Below are positions 1 to 14,400 of a DNA stretch of 64,000 nucleotides, piece by piece. Source of the stretch: Saccostrea echinata (Eukaryota); the NCBI RefSeq assembly GCF_033153115.1, contig NW_026889761.1, positions 4,154,001 to 4,218,000 of the forward strand, read 5' to 3'. The position numbers and the translations under genes were made by a program. Below the pieces are notes generated by a model. It was not told the origin of the DNA and made no database searches. It was given only the letters and a program-made list of their open reading frames with translations. Every line of letters starts with the position of its first letter. Position 1 is the first letter of the stretch.

Positions 1-122
1 CTTTATGGAGAAGATATCGAAAATGTGAAAAGTTTACAGACGACACACGATAGATGGACACCCTTTCAGGCTTTGATCAGAAAAGCTCATTGGATCCTTT
101 GGATCAGCTACGTAAGCTAAAA
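1..122 (+). mobile_element. 3' end fragment of a Helentron-associated non-autonomous (HINE-like) repeat
   Basis: gaaaatgtgaaaagtttacagacgac...gatcagaaaagctca...agctaaaa closely matches the element end at 55230-55324 in this window. Confidence 0.55.
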
Positions 123-1484
123 GTCTTCTTTTTGTACGTAAACCCATTTTCTATTACATTTTAAATCAGATGAAACAGGATAAAAATTCATGTCAATGAC
201 CGTCTCTAGACCTACAAGGATGAGGAATGTCGAGTCCGATCAAATTTGAATTTGTAAATATACATTCATCAGCTATCAAAGAAATGAAACCCTGAGATAA
301 TTTTTTCAAAGAGTAAAAACTTTTATTAATTCTGGGTCAACATGCCGAATACTTGAATATAAATTTGTAAATGTTTTTTCATCGGGCTCAAAGACTTTTA
401 CTTTTTCTGATCGTTAAAACGTTTGAGAGCAACGGATTAAGTAGCTTGTCTAACAGTGCCTGAAAAATACCCTGACCTGGAAAAGTTGTCAATGCATCAA
501 TTTTTGAGTCCTTTACAGACGACACTAACATTTGACAATAATTCTACTTAACATTAAAATTACAAGAAAATTAATATCGCATGTTCCAAAAATGACACTG
601 TTTAAATTTTTCTTGTGGATATCATCATTTCAGAGCCTAAAAGTATCCTCCTAGCCGAGCGATGGACAAGTTTGGTGACAAAAGGTTTTTCAAGTGTTTG
701 AAAGTCAAATAATATTTTCATTCAATGTGTATCAATGATTATTTTATCAATTAAATATTTGTATACTTTAATTTAGCCACGGATTATTTTATCAATTTAA
801 ATATTTGTACACTTTTATTTAGCCACGGACTCTCCAATGTTAATATTTGTGCGGATGTCTGTCTACCTTCTCCAAGAAAAAGATTTTCACCTTATCATTC
901 TTTTGTGAACAAGTCTGAAGTGGACGCTCTGTTTCATCCAAATAATCAGAATATAAAGGAATTAGAAGTATGCATATTTATCAAATAAATATCATTTTTC
1001 ACTTTTAATGCAGCAAAATTATATAATTGTTATTGAAGTAGATCCCTAGTCATTATCTGTGGTAATAAAGTCATACACAGGAATTAATTATTTACAACAT
1101 ACAACTGTTTACTTATAATGAGATTTATTTATAATTGTTTTGTGGTGAAACTGTTTGAAATTAGTGGATTCCTTCTTTTGAAATTTTAACATGAATCAGC
1201 GTATTCATAATACATGATATGAGGATGTTACATTGGAAGGTCATATATATTGGTTCCCAGTGTCTTTTGTCAGCCATTACTTCAATATGTACAAGGAATT
1301 ATATTGAAGCCAGTTTTTGAAATTCTGGAACATCAAACACAAAAATTGATTTGTACATGTAGTTTTTGTAATGCTAAACCCGTATTTTCATTAAAAACAT
1401 TCTGATCTATAGCAAAGCAAGTATTCACAATCATTAACCCTTAAATACTTTTAAAATTTATTGATTTTTGATAATAAATTTTAG

Positions 1485-2863
1485 AAAGTTGGTGACCCAA
1501 AGAGCATAATTACTTGCAAGGATCCTGGACCATTACAGAAAACAGATGAAGCAGGAGACAGGACAGGTTGGAGTGGGGTGGAGTGGGACCCTGATCTAGG
1601 GTACTGCTCCCACAGTACTTGTAGCAGCTCTCACAATGTGGAGCAGGGCACAGAGGTTTGTGATCACATTAGCAGTATTTTGATCATAGATCAACAGCAA
1701 GTTAATTGATGTGTTCAGGTAACCACTGGAAAGTGGATTTGTTTTGAAATTGCATTTGGAATTTGCATCCTTTCTTGGTGGAATTAAATGAACAAATTAT
1801 GTTAATTGATATAGTTACATCAAAAATATCTATTTACTTTTGACAAATCTAGATATTATTATGATTATTTGTATTTATAATTTTGTATGTTAAAAGTTTA
1901 CTGGATTTGCTCTTCTTTTTAAATTGTCAGTCCTATCAGTCAGATTGTTCAGATGTTGAGTATGATGGTGTTGTGCAAGGAGCAGAGAAAATGGAAGATG
2001 TAGTGCAACAGTTTGGTAAGATTTATTTAACATTCTGAGAAATAAACCTAATTTGTGCATTGAAATTGGACTTGTTTAAATTATTTATTTTCCTTGCTAA
2101 GGTTGCTTCAAGATTTTGAAAAAAATCACTCCACAGAGTTTTTAAAGCTTACGGATATGACAAGTAAAAAGTTTATTTCAAAGTAAATGGGTAATATTAC
2201 CATACATCAGATTTTTTTATGGGTATGCCAGTATTTATTATTTTTTATCTCTGTGCCAAGTGAAATAATTTGAACTTTGGGTATATCTAAGACTAGAATT
2301 TGACTAAGATCTGTAAGAAATAATAGATGTATTTTGCCATGTACCTTAGGGAAATATTTCCAAGGACAGTATCACCAAGTGATTCATCATATCAAGTCTT
2401 CAATGCAGAGTATTTTGAGTGAACAACAAGATCACTTGAGGCACATTATCAACTTTGCATCCAAGTCATATCAGGTTTGGGTGACTTTGATATTTATAAT
2501 GTGCTGGATTTATCTTACCAGTAATGCATTTGCAATTTATTGCAAAACCTGAGATAAAAAGTTTACCTGTAAATATTTATATATACTTTCTGGGCTATTT
2601 TATATTTAAAAAATATCACATTGGTATAATGCTTTTATTAGAGTTCCAGTGGAGATCCTCTCACTGATACAAGTTCTCTCCCTTGCCTCATGGCAGATGA
2701 ACATGGGAGGGAGTTACCGCCACCTTCCAGCACAGCATGCAATCTCGAGGAGATGGATGCATTACCACCCCTTGATGATATCGAATTCTCCGATTTCTAT
2801 TGGACACCTGACTCATCATATCCACACAATAACTTTACTGCTCACAGTTTGTACTCTTTATAA
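1485..2863 (+). CDS. Putative 3' part of an unknown spliced gene (possibly a transposon accessory gene or pseudogene), ~200 aa over 4 exons
   Basis: Phase-consistent GT-AG chain 1485-1655, 1931-2015, 2350-2474, 2642-2863 reads open: KVGDPKSIITCKDPG...GTE/SYQSDCSDVEYDG...QQFG/KYFQGQYHQ...SKSYQ/SSSGDPLTD...SLYSL*. No start codon and no recognisable domain. Confidence 0.35.
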
Positions 2864-5469
2864 ATATCATTTAAAATTTTTATAATTACATGGTGAAAAG
2901 TGAAAAAAATTAATATATTTTCTTTTTGTGTACCCATTTTCTTTCCAGGAAAATTGGTAGTTGCCCCCCCCCCCCTTTTGGGTCTGCCACTTCATTTTGA
3001 TTGTGCTGTTTGATATTCTATAAATAAATCTCTTTTTTCATATTTTATTGATACTAGCACAAGTATATATAAAACAATGATTTACATGTTGATAAAAAAA
3101 GTTTGATATTTCAGGTTTTCCAGATAGTCAAGAACAGCATAATACAATGTAAATATACTACATTTAACATTATTCTTAAAGAATAAATGTAATTTTCTAT
3201 AAAAAAGCATTACTGAGATTTTATAACTTTTACTTGATATTTTTAATTTGATTATTTCTACTCTAAATTAAAATTTTCTGCTTGTATTCATCCCATTTCA
3301 GGTCTGACAATCAAACTGTAGAGGACACAAAAGAAAATTTCCTACTTCAGATTTTATCATTGACTTGTGGAGTGAATAACCTTCTACAGAAAACAGAGTT
3401 CAAAACCTGACAGAAACTTTATCATTTAGAATATTTATCTTCTCTTGGCATAATTAAGAATCTCTTGGTCGCTTTGACTGTTCTCCACTGTTCTTGTGAC
3501 CGATGATCTTGTTTTAATGCAGTAATTTTTTTGGTGTACTGGTGTGGGCAAAAATAATTATTTTCCTTAGAATACTTTGTGTATTTGAATAATGACAAAA
3601 TGTTTACCCTTGATAATATCAATTTTAAAAAGTGTTTATTACAATTGCTGATATTCTGTATTATGACATGATGAGTTATACAGTAAATAAATTGACGTAT
3701 AAACAAGGTCAATAAATGCTACAAACTTAGTGTGTTAACTGCTTTTGAAATTTCCCGCCACATTTTGCAAAACTGAAAGTAGAGTAATCTCCCTTGCATT
3801 GTGATATGTTTCACTCTGCTCAAACTTTGTTGTGTTTTACAGCAACGTTTATCCGGTGTGCGTCTACGGTAGGTAATTAATAACATTAAAGACAATATAT
3901 TCATTGTTCATGATAACTAATTACAGCTTACATACAAATAATATGATAAAAGTGTGCACGTAATAAAATAATAATAAATACCTAATGTTTACCTGTTTAC
4001 GTTCTAAATCTTGTACCCGAAGTTGACCGTGTATAACATAGAGACGTTTTTTTATCTGATAATTTTTTTTTCGTTGATCGTTCATTTCCATCTTTATCCT
4101 TGTTATTTGAGTATCTATGTACCACTGTGTACATCTCTGGTGTAACAGATTACAGAACAGGTCCACTACAATCTCTTGATTTAGTTATTTGTAAAGAAAT
4201 GTTCATCTAAAGTTTAACAGAGCAGATGAGTAAGAAACTGCCATTGCTCTCAAAATTCTCTTAATGTACCATCTGAGCTAACTTTCAAACAGTAAGCTGA
4301 ATGACCTTAATTTTGCACACACAGAATAAATATTTGTTCAGTCTTGTTTATTATTCTAGTCTCCTAACAAAGAACAAGTCTCAATAAGACTTATCTTGGT
4401 CCCCGGTTACTCGTCAAATTTTGAACATTTATTAAATTTTTTAAAAATTAAATTTTATTATTAACTATTGTCTGTATTATTCGAATCATCATCTAAAAAT
4501 GTCAAATAATAGATATATGCAGCATACGAAGCTGCGTGTTGAAGGTAGGGTCCTTTGATTTTCATGAATATCAAAAGAAATCAGTGAAAGGTACACACTT
4601 CAAAGCTTTCGTAAACACCAAGCACAGGTTTGTTCAGAGTCGAGTTTGAAATATAATGTGTATATTATATGTGTAGATGTTAAGTGAAAATATCTTTGTT
4701 GAACCACCCTGTGCTCTATGTTTTCTAATTAAAAGTATCAAGATTTTGAATCTCTTCGCTGACTTCATTTACATGCAATTAACCTCTTTATGACCTGTTT
4801 AGAATCAAAGCAAGCCACGTGGATTTGTATTGTTATGGGTAAATGCCCCCAGTAAACGTGCTAGTTCTCAGTTGAAACATACTCAATTTTATATCGATCA
4901 GCATGGACTTGTTTGGTTCACCTTGTTATAGCTTTTATTGCCATAGTTTTGTAAATAGAAAATTGTATTTGTAGTTGATTGTGAATCTTGAACATATAAT
5001 TTGTCTTTGAAAGAAAAACATCATACCAAGATCTTCTTTTTATAGTATCTAATCTAAATGTCTCTGCCCATTTCCATGTAATAGAGAAACCGTAGTTTGA
5101 TCGGGGAAAAATGTTCCGGCATTTTTTAGTGCGATAGGTGTTAAAAGCAGGCTTGTATTTTTTTATGTGTTTAATTATTCATTATAAATACACAATGTTT
5201 TAATTAGAAATACTTCGTTATACACAATGAAAACAATCAAAATACCGTATGCTAATATTTAACCGGTAAACCAAGGCTGTAAAAAGGGACCACACTACTA
5301 TACTTAAGTAGAATACTCCTTTGGAGGGGATATAGTAACACACATGTGAGTAACTGGATTATATTGGTAATAATTTACATAGGTATCAATGTCATTTGTT
5401 AGTTTTCTATCGAGGGGATGCCTCGCTTTGTGGTGCCCTTGTTAAACATTGTCACATGGACTTTTACAG

Positions 5470-8400
5470 ATGTCAGGAATGATGAGGGCAGTAACCTTTG
5501 AACCCGGAGGTCCAGAGAAACTTGGGATTGCTTCAGTACCAATTCCACAACTGAGAGAAAAGGAGGTGTTACTAAAAGTATACGCCACAGCAATTAACAG
5601 GGCAGACACTCTACAGGTATATATACTCAACAGTTTATGAATCCAGTAAAAAGAATGTGTATCAAGACCATTTACATAGTAAAAGTGCTTGTACATTAAA
5701 ATCATGACAGAAAGCTATAGAAAAATTACTGAAAGTGAATGTCAAAAGTAGTGACTAATTCAGGCTACTCAATTCACACAAGCACTTGAAAACACTGAAG
5801 TATATGTAGTGACAATGGTGAGATTCCCTTCCAGTTCAATTTATTCAATTAAACCTAAATTTTTAATACTGGTACATTGTACATAGCCAGGGTACATTTA
5901 ATAAGATATATAAATTTATCATTTTATACAAACTAGTCAAAGTTACAAATGGGTGAATTCAAAAAAAATGACCACCAAACTGAATTTTTTTGGCAAAATT
6001 CAACTACTCATAACATATTTTTCACTTATATCATCATATTGCAAATGCATTCTAGTTTAAAAGTGGCAATAGAATAGACAATTGGATTAAAAAGTTTCAG
6101 AATTTTTATTAGTAAAATTTCTTTTGAAAAAAGAAAATATCATTACACCTTAAAAGACCCTAAAATACATAATCACAAGAAATTATAGTTTTTTATGCTT
6201 CAAAATGGTAAAAGGGGTATAAATGATTAAATCTAGACCTTGAATGAGTATCTTCTCTTGTACATATGACAAAAAAAAGGCTTTTTGATTGTTATTTTAC
6301 ATTTTTTTTTTTGTGGTTTGAAAAGTTTTAATAAGAAAAAAATATGAATCAATAAAATTCCTCAAAATTCACTTTTTTGTCAGTTCAAGTCAATTCTTTA
6401 AATCTAAGCCAAAAAAGAATTGTTATATATGAGTTCTCTTACGAAAAATACTAGATTTTGAAGTGACCCTATGTTACATTATTGTGTTGCACTCCTGACA
6501 TCTGATATGTATTTTATTTAACATTGTTTTAAAAATTATAACACACAATAACCCATTCTTACTTTGTAAATCAATTTGTCATGTTGATATTTTTCATTGT
6601 TTACAGGAGGTTTTTCATATTTTGAAGACCTTAAAACATGATTATTTGCAAACTGTAATATATATAAATTGTATTTAAAATATATGTGAAATGATGAAAA
6701 CTATTCCCTGAATTGACTGTAAAATTTCTGTAATTTGTTGATAGACATAGTGTTTTGAACATCAAATAGTATCAAGCATTTTTTTTCAACTTATTTTTTA
6801 GTAAAGATAGTTAAGAAGCATCGGTAATTATAAAGCAGTTTTGTTGCACTCCTGACTGCAGTAAAGTTTAAAATAAAAACCATAGAACACAAAAATTCAT
6901 AAAGTGTGGGCAACATCAAGTGGTAATGAAATTGTGCAATATTTATAGTCCAATACTTCATAATTAAAACAGATGAAGGTATTTAAAATTCGCATTTTAT
7001 CTGGAATTATACCCTATTTTATGCCAAAAAACTAGCTTAAATGTATATTTAGAAGATAAAATATATTTTAAAGCATATTTTCCTTTAGAAGACAAACACA
7101 GTAACCGACCAGAAAAATTCTACTCATCATTTTTTCTTTATTTTTATTCTTATCGGATGATTTATAATTCTAACATATTTGTTGCACTCCTGACCAAAAG
7201 CATTGGGGCCTTTAAAGTAGAATTGTGAAGTGAAAATTACATAAGAACTTGTTCTGTTGTTTCAGTGAAGTTGAGGAGGAATTACTTGAATTTTATAACA
7301 ATGTTTTAGTGTGTTTATTTTTTACGTTCATTAAAAAAATCACAAAAAAGAAAAAAACACATCTGAATTGACAAAATTGAAAAAAGAAGGATTTTAATAA
7401 TAAAACTGTCAATAATTTAGCATTAAAATTTATACAAAAAGATCATTATTAATTAATGAATACTTCTAAGCATGAATAGAAGTCTTTTCGTCACACAACT
7501 TGAATCTTTAAAAAAATGTGTTGCACTCCTGACCATAGAAATATGGATCTGAAGCACAGACAGATCCTGTAATTGATAAATCTATTTGGTAAAAATGTTC
7601 TTTGTGTCTTTATTTTCCAAAATAAAAATCAGATCATCATATAATGATAACAGTTTTTTCATGCTTGGGAGCAAAACATCAAATGTTGCACTCCTGACAT
7701 TTTTGGGTATGCACATATAATTGACTCTCATTAATGCTGCTTGTGATTTATATAACATTTTTAAGTTTTAAAATGTATATAAGTTATTATTTTACACTTC
7801 CAAAATTCTTTTTTGTCTTAATTTTCTATCTGAATTTTACAATTGATGTTTTTTTGGCAACACTACATTTTTTCTGTTGCACTCCTGACATGGTATAAAA
7901 AATTTTTAAACATCAGCCATGACCACAACCAGTCATACATGCCAACTTTCCCGATTTAGGCGGGATCCTCCCGATTTTACCCTTTGATCCCGCTCTCCCG
8001 ATCGGGAAAGCAAAATTGCCCAAAAATCCCGATTTGAAAAAATTCAACCTAAAATTTCCGATTTTCTGAGTTTCCCTACCGCAATATTTTGTCAATCGGG
8101 ATTAGAATATCAGACTTGTTTATTCAATGCACACAGATTAGTCTCTTTGTTTATTTAACGCATGTAGAGGTGTTAATTTGCCACAGGAAATCACTTCTCG
8201 CTTGAACGCACACAGGTAACATAGCCTGGAGCAGTTAGAGGATTAAACTTTTCAATCAGAAGGGGTATGCATATAGTGATACACATAGATTTAGGGTATA
8301 ATTAAATATCATTTTATTAAAAACAAAAATTGAATACAGTAATATGATAAACTAACAACAAAATCGGAATTAATCCATATTGATCGTTTTTTAAAAACGA

Positions 8401-11400
8401 AAGTAGAAAACAACAAAGCATAGCTGCTGATTTTAAAATATTGTAAAGTTTACCGGTTAAAAGAAGATTCATGAAAATAATTTAGATGAAACAACAAAGT
8501 ATTATACCTCAAGTACACTGAATCCCCCCCCCCCCCCCAATGTAATATGACAACGGAATACCCACACGACACTGCCAATATTATGCAAATTAAAGTTCAT
8601 CATGTTTATAACAATTTTAATTTTTGTTTGGGATAGGGGTATCCTTGTTTTAAATAATTGATGATCTCAAGAGTAAATTTATTTCTTCAAATTGTTTTGT
8701 GTGTGTGATTAAATTAATCATCATGATGTCTACTTATTAAAAGGGAATAAAATGACACTTCTATTTAAAGTACATACCACAAACAAATTTTCTTATCTTT
8801 CTCTCTCTCTCTCTCTCTCTCTCATCCTCAGACACACAGTGCATTGCAATTTTTCAATACTTCTTTCAATCTAATGTCTAATTAGGAAATTCTAATTGTG
8901 TAAAATGTAAATATAGAATTTAACAAATGTTTCCCAGAAACTGTACAGTAACAAAACTTCATATATTTCTAAAACTTTGCAAAAAAATTATTGAACTGAA
9001 AGTTGTACATTTTCACATTTTTCACCAAATTATGTGTCTTGTTCAAACATAGTGTTGTTAAACTAAACAGATATCTCTTCTTTAGTGAGAGAGGTTTCTA
9101 TTTAAGCAAAAGATATTGAATTTTGGAAGGAGAAAAATTGTTTGTATTATTTATTCTTAAATTGTATTAACAAGTGATATTGATATTTTAAATTTAAAAA
9201 AAAAAAATGGGATAAACATTTATTTTCACGACAAAATGCCGCGAATTTAAAGCTTTGAAAATTGTCGTCACACGCAAAATCCCCCATGGGAATTTTCAAA
9301 AGTTGGCATGTATGCAACCTGATTAAACAAAAGTTATGACAGCCCACATTTAAAGCTCAATACTTTGAATATTATCAGAAAAGTCTTTATTTTCAACATG
9401 AAGCATTATTTTTTATTTCACAGAGCTCCAAAAAATATTGAAATTTCAAAATGTCACAAAAAGGTGTTGCACTCCTGACAATTTTATCATCATTTTTGGG
9501 CATAACTTTTTTGTTAATTGAGATATCAATGAGATATTTGGCAGGTATTTAGACACTATCTAAAGACATATGCTGAGACATAGAAATCTATTTTCATTGC
9601 CTGTATTTTTAGTGTGGGTTGATAAATATGCATTTGGTCATTTTTTTTTAATTCACCCAAATACAATGCAAACACATGACAGAAAATGAATAAAAATAAA
9701 AACAGCAGGGAATTTATCTATGAATACATGTATTAAAACACAGCAATGTCATTTTGTCATGTTGGGAAGCACACTTAATGAAAACTAATGTTTGTCGTGT
9801 GTTACAGAGGAAGGGTTTGTATCCAGCACCCCCTGGAGAATCTGACATTCTGGGACTGGAGGCTGTAGGGGTTATTGAGAAGCTGGGACCTGGATGTGTC
9901 AAGTCCTGGAAGACAGGAGACAGAGTCATGGCTCTTCTACCTGGTAAGGAGATAGATAAGAAAAGGAAATTAGTCTGAAAAGTATCCCAAAGTTTTCCTA
10001 AATCATTGGGCAGGCTATTTGCCTTTTCTTGATTCCTGATGCCATATTGACAGAGATATAGCTCTAATCTGAGGTCTATTTAAAGGAAACTGCAATTTCT
10101 GTTTTAGACTGCCAAAGCCCTAAACTACAAATTATCTCTGTTTTGTGTAAAATGGGAACTAACTTTTTTCTAATGTTTCTGACATAATGTTGTGCAACTA
10201 GCATCATAGGATCCACAGGCTGGTAACAATAAGTCATATAACCCCTCAGGATGGTATTTTTAGGTCAGCGGGGTTTCTCTTTCCAGATCAAGTGTCCTGT
10301 CATTATTTTAGAAACCTGTGCTTAATTCACTGCACTTCATACAGAGGTTGCCTTTAATAAATATTCCTTAACTGAGAGATATAAAAAAGCACATGATATA
10401 TGTTCAGTTTTCTTATTTAGGTGGAGGGAATGCAGAATATGTAGCCAGTAGGGAGGAGTTGTTGATGCCTGTCCCTGACAACATGAAGTTTACACAGGCA
10501 GCAGCTATTCCTGAAGTCTGGCTTACAGCATTCCAGCTCCTTTTTACTGTTGGTAAGTCTGGTTTACAGCACTCCAGCTCCTCTTCACTGTTGGTAAGTC
10601 TGGCTTACAGCATTCCAGCTCCTCTTTACTGTTGGAAAGTCTGGCTTACAACATTCCAGCTCCTCTTACTGTTGGAAAGTCTGGCTTACAGCATTCCAGC
10701 TCTTGTTCATTGTTCACTATTAGTAAGTCTGGCTTGATAATGATAGGAGAAATACTAATTATAGCTTTTATTTGCAGGTAAACTTAAGAAGAATGACACC
10801 GTCCTGATCCATGCTGGTGGTAGTGGGGTCGGCACCGCAGCTGTACAGCTCTGTCGTCAGTACGGAGCTCGAGCCCTAGTGGTCGCCGGCACACAGGAGA
10901 AGATCGACTTCGCTAAATCTCTGGGGGCAGAGGAGGGGTTTAACTATAAGGAGGCTGAATTTGAACCCAAGGTCTTGGAGCACACTCAAGGTACACAAGA
11001 CAGTAATTTATCTCTGTTTTATATTTTGTTTTCAAAGGAATATTTCTGTTGACTCTCATTCATTTTGCCTACTTTTTTGTGTGATGCTTCAACATTCATA
11101 GCGTGTGACAGCTGTAGATTTTGAATACTGTCAAGTATTCAAAATCAGACAGAATACTGTCAGGATGAATAGGAGAAAAGTGTTCTTTGCATAAAAGTGT
11201 GATAATGTAACATATATACTCGCATGTAAGTTCGTTTTTTTTTTTTTTTGGAGTTAAACTTTGGTTCAAAACTCTTTATTTGACTTATACATGAGTTATA
11301 AAAAGATTGGTATTTTAGCGGGTCAATCCCTCTAATTTAAGCTTAAAAAATACAACCAACTTATAGGTGGACGGACTTATAGGTGAGTATATAGGGTAGA

Positions 11401-14400
11401 TTTGGTACATTTTCATTGTGTGTATATTTGTGTTTTTTAAAAGATGGAAGAAGTTAAAAAGAAAGAAACTAAAATTATTTAATGGTTGCAGGGAAGGGAG
11501 TGGACTTAATCCTAGACTGTGTAGGAGGTTCCTTCTTCAACCAGAACATCAACTCCATAGCAACAGAGGGGACGTGGGTTGTATATGGCTTGATGGGTAA
11601 AGTGAATATTTGTGTCAGAGACTCTTCACACAATCTAAATGTAAAGAAATGTCTCAAAGGTTCACACAACTCAACTGCAAAATATCAATAGATTTTGGTC
11701 TTGCATATTTCAGTTAGCATAGAAATCTAGATCTATATTATTGACCCATGTATTTCAGTAGTTACACAAATATAATATAAATCTGTATCACTGACCCACA
11801 ACTGACAGTAGCCATACAAATAACTGACTTACATGGGTTTACATACAAAGAAGTATACATCTGTATGTCATCAAGTATTTATCTCACTCAGTTCAATACC
11901 AAGACACAGTTCAGTCTCACAGACACTCATATGTTAAGTTGGAGAAATGAGCTTTCTCACAGACACTCATATGTAAAATGGGCAAGTAAGAGTTATTATC
12001 ATGGACAGTAACAAAGATATTTTTTTAAATGACACAGTTCCGATTATGCAGGTACTGATGTAAGTTTTTATTAGGAAGATTATTTGAAGTACCTGATTGA
12101 TAAGTTTATGAAATCTATTTTATTTAAATAGGGGGCAGCACAGTCAGTACTGGTGATCATTTAGCCAAAATTTTACGAAAAAGGATAACAATAATTGGCT
12201 CAACATTGAGAGCTAGATCTGTAGAGGTGAGATAGGTTTTATTGAGAGCTAGATCTGTAGAGGTGAGATAGGTTTTACTGAGAGCGAGATCTGTAGAGGT
12301 GAGATAGGTTTTATTGAGAGCTAGATCTGAAGAGGTGAGATAGGTTTTATTGAGAGCTAGATCTGTAGAGGTGAGATAGGTTTTATTGAGAGCTAGATCT
12401 GAAGAGGTGAGATGTATGTTTTATTGAGAGCTAGATCTGTAGAGGTGAGATATGTTTTATTGAGAGTGAGATCTGTAGATGTGAGATATGTTTTACAAGT
12501 GTATGTGAGATAGGTTAGATCTGTAGAGGTGAGATAGGTTTTACTGAGAGCGAGATCTGTAGAGGTGAGATAGGTTTTATTGAGAGCTAGATCTGAAGAG
12601 GTGAGATAGGTTTTATTGAGAGCTAGATCTGTAGAGGTGAGATAGGTTTTATTGAGAGCTAGATCTGTAGAGGTGAGATATGTTTTATTGAGAGTGAGAT
12701 CAATAGAGGTGAGATAGGTTTTATTGAGAGCGAGATCTGTAGAGGTGAGATAGGTTTTATTGAGAGCGAGATCTGTAGAGATGAGTTAGGTTTTATTGAG
12801 AGCTATATCTGTAGAGGTGACAAATTTTTTCTTGTGAGCTAGTTCTGAAGATGTGAGATATATTTTATTGAGAGCTAGATCTGTAGAGGTGAGATATGTT
12901 TTATTGAGAGTCAGATCTGTAGATGTGAGATATGTTTTATTGAGAGCTAGATTTGTAGAGGTGAGATATGTTTTATTGAGAGTGAGATCTGTTGATGTGA
13001 GATATGTTTTATTGAGAGCTAGATCTGTAGAGGTGAGATAAGTTTTATTGAGAGCGAGATCTGTAGAGGTGAGATATGTTTTATTGAGAGTGAGATCTGT
13101 AGAGGTGAGATAGGTTTTATTGAGAGTTAGATCTGTAGAGGTGAGATAGGTTTTATTCAGATTGAGATCTGTAGAGGTGAGATAAGTTTTATTGAGAGCT
13201 AGATCTGTAGAGGTGAGATGTATGTTTTATTGAGAGCTAGATCTGTAGAGGTGAGATGTATGTTTTATTGAGAGCTAGATCTGTATAGGTGAGATGTATG
13301 TTTTATTGAGAGCTAGATCTGTAGAGGTGAGATAGGTTTTATTGAGAGCTAGATCTGTAGAGGTGAGATAGGTTTTATTGAGAGCGAGATCTGTAGAGGT
13401 GAGATATGTTTTATTGAGAGCTAGATCTGTAAAGGTGAGATATTTTTATTGAGAGCTAGATCTGTAGAGGTGAGATAGGTTTTATTGAGAGTGAGATCTG
13501 TAGAGGTGAGATATGTTTTACAAGTGTATGTGAGATAGGTTAGATCTATAGAGGTGAGATAGGTCTTATTGAGAGCTAGATCTGTAGAGGTGAGAGGTGA
13601 GATAGGTTTTATTGAGAGCTAGATCTGTAGAGGTGAGATAGGTTTTATTGAGAGCTAGATCTGTAGAGGTGAGATAGGTTTTATTGAGAGTGAGATCTGT
13701 AGAGGTGAGATATGTTTTATTGAAAGCTAGATCTGTAGATGTGAGATATGTTTTATTGAGAGCGAGATCTGTAGAGGTGAGATATGTTTTATTGAAAGCT
13801 AGATCTGTAGATGTGAGATATGTTTTATTGAGAGCTAGATCTGTAGAGGTGAGATAGGTGTGCTGCCCCACGGTACGGAACCCGCAGCCAGAATAAACCA
13901 CTAGACCTCTAAAGTGTTGACTGACTTTATTGGTAAATGATTGGTAAAAAGCTGGAACAAAAGAAAGTTTGGTATAAGAATCAATTAACAAACAAAGAGC
14001 ACAAGGTGACTTATAAAAAGAATACAATCCCAATTTATGGCACAAACTGGTTTCCATACATAAAAATTTTTATCAAGCCCCTAGTTTAGTAATTCCTGAA
14101 TTTAAACACAATAATCTGAGCCAAACACATATTCAAGTAATACTGATAATATAAACTTTACATGTACATAAAGAGTGATACATAATAATACTGAACTATA
14201 TCAATTTAAGAGACTAGATAGCACAATGAATAAGTCACGTGATCAACAGTAGTAAACAATCTAAATCAATTCCGTTTGATATCAAATTGATACACAAATA
14301 AGAAACGAAATGAGGCAAATCTCAACTGCTTCACAGTCACTAAATAAATGTCATAACTTACACTGTGGTCAGCTTCCCGAAACAAAAACATGAACACATA

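Noticed and set aside
738-828. ~45-bp tandem duplication (another of ~35 bp at 21742-21803)
   Set aside because: Simple two-copy duplications with no link to splice sites or other structure.
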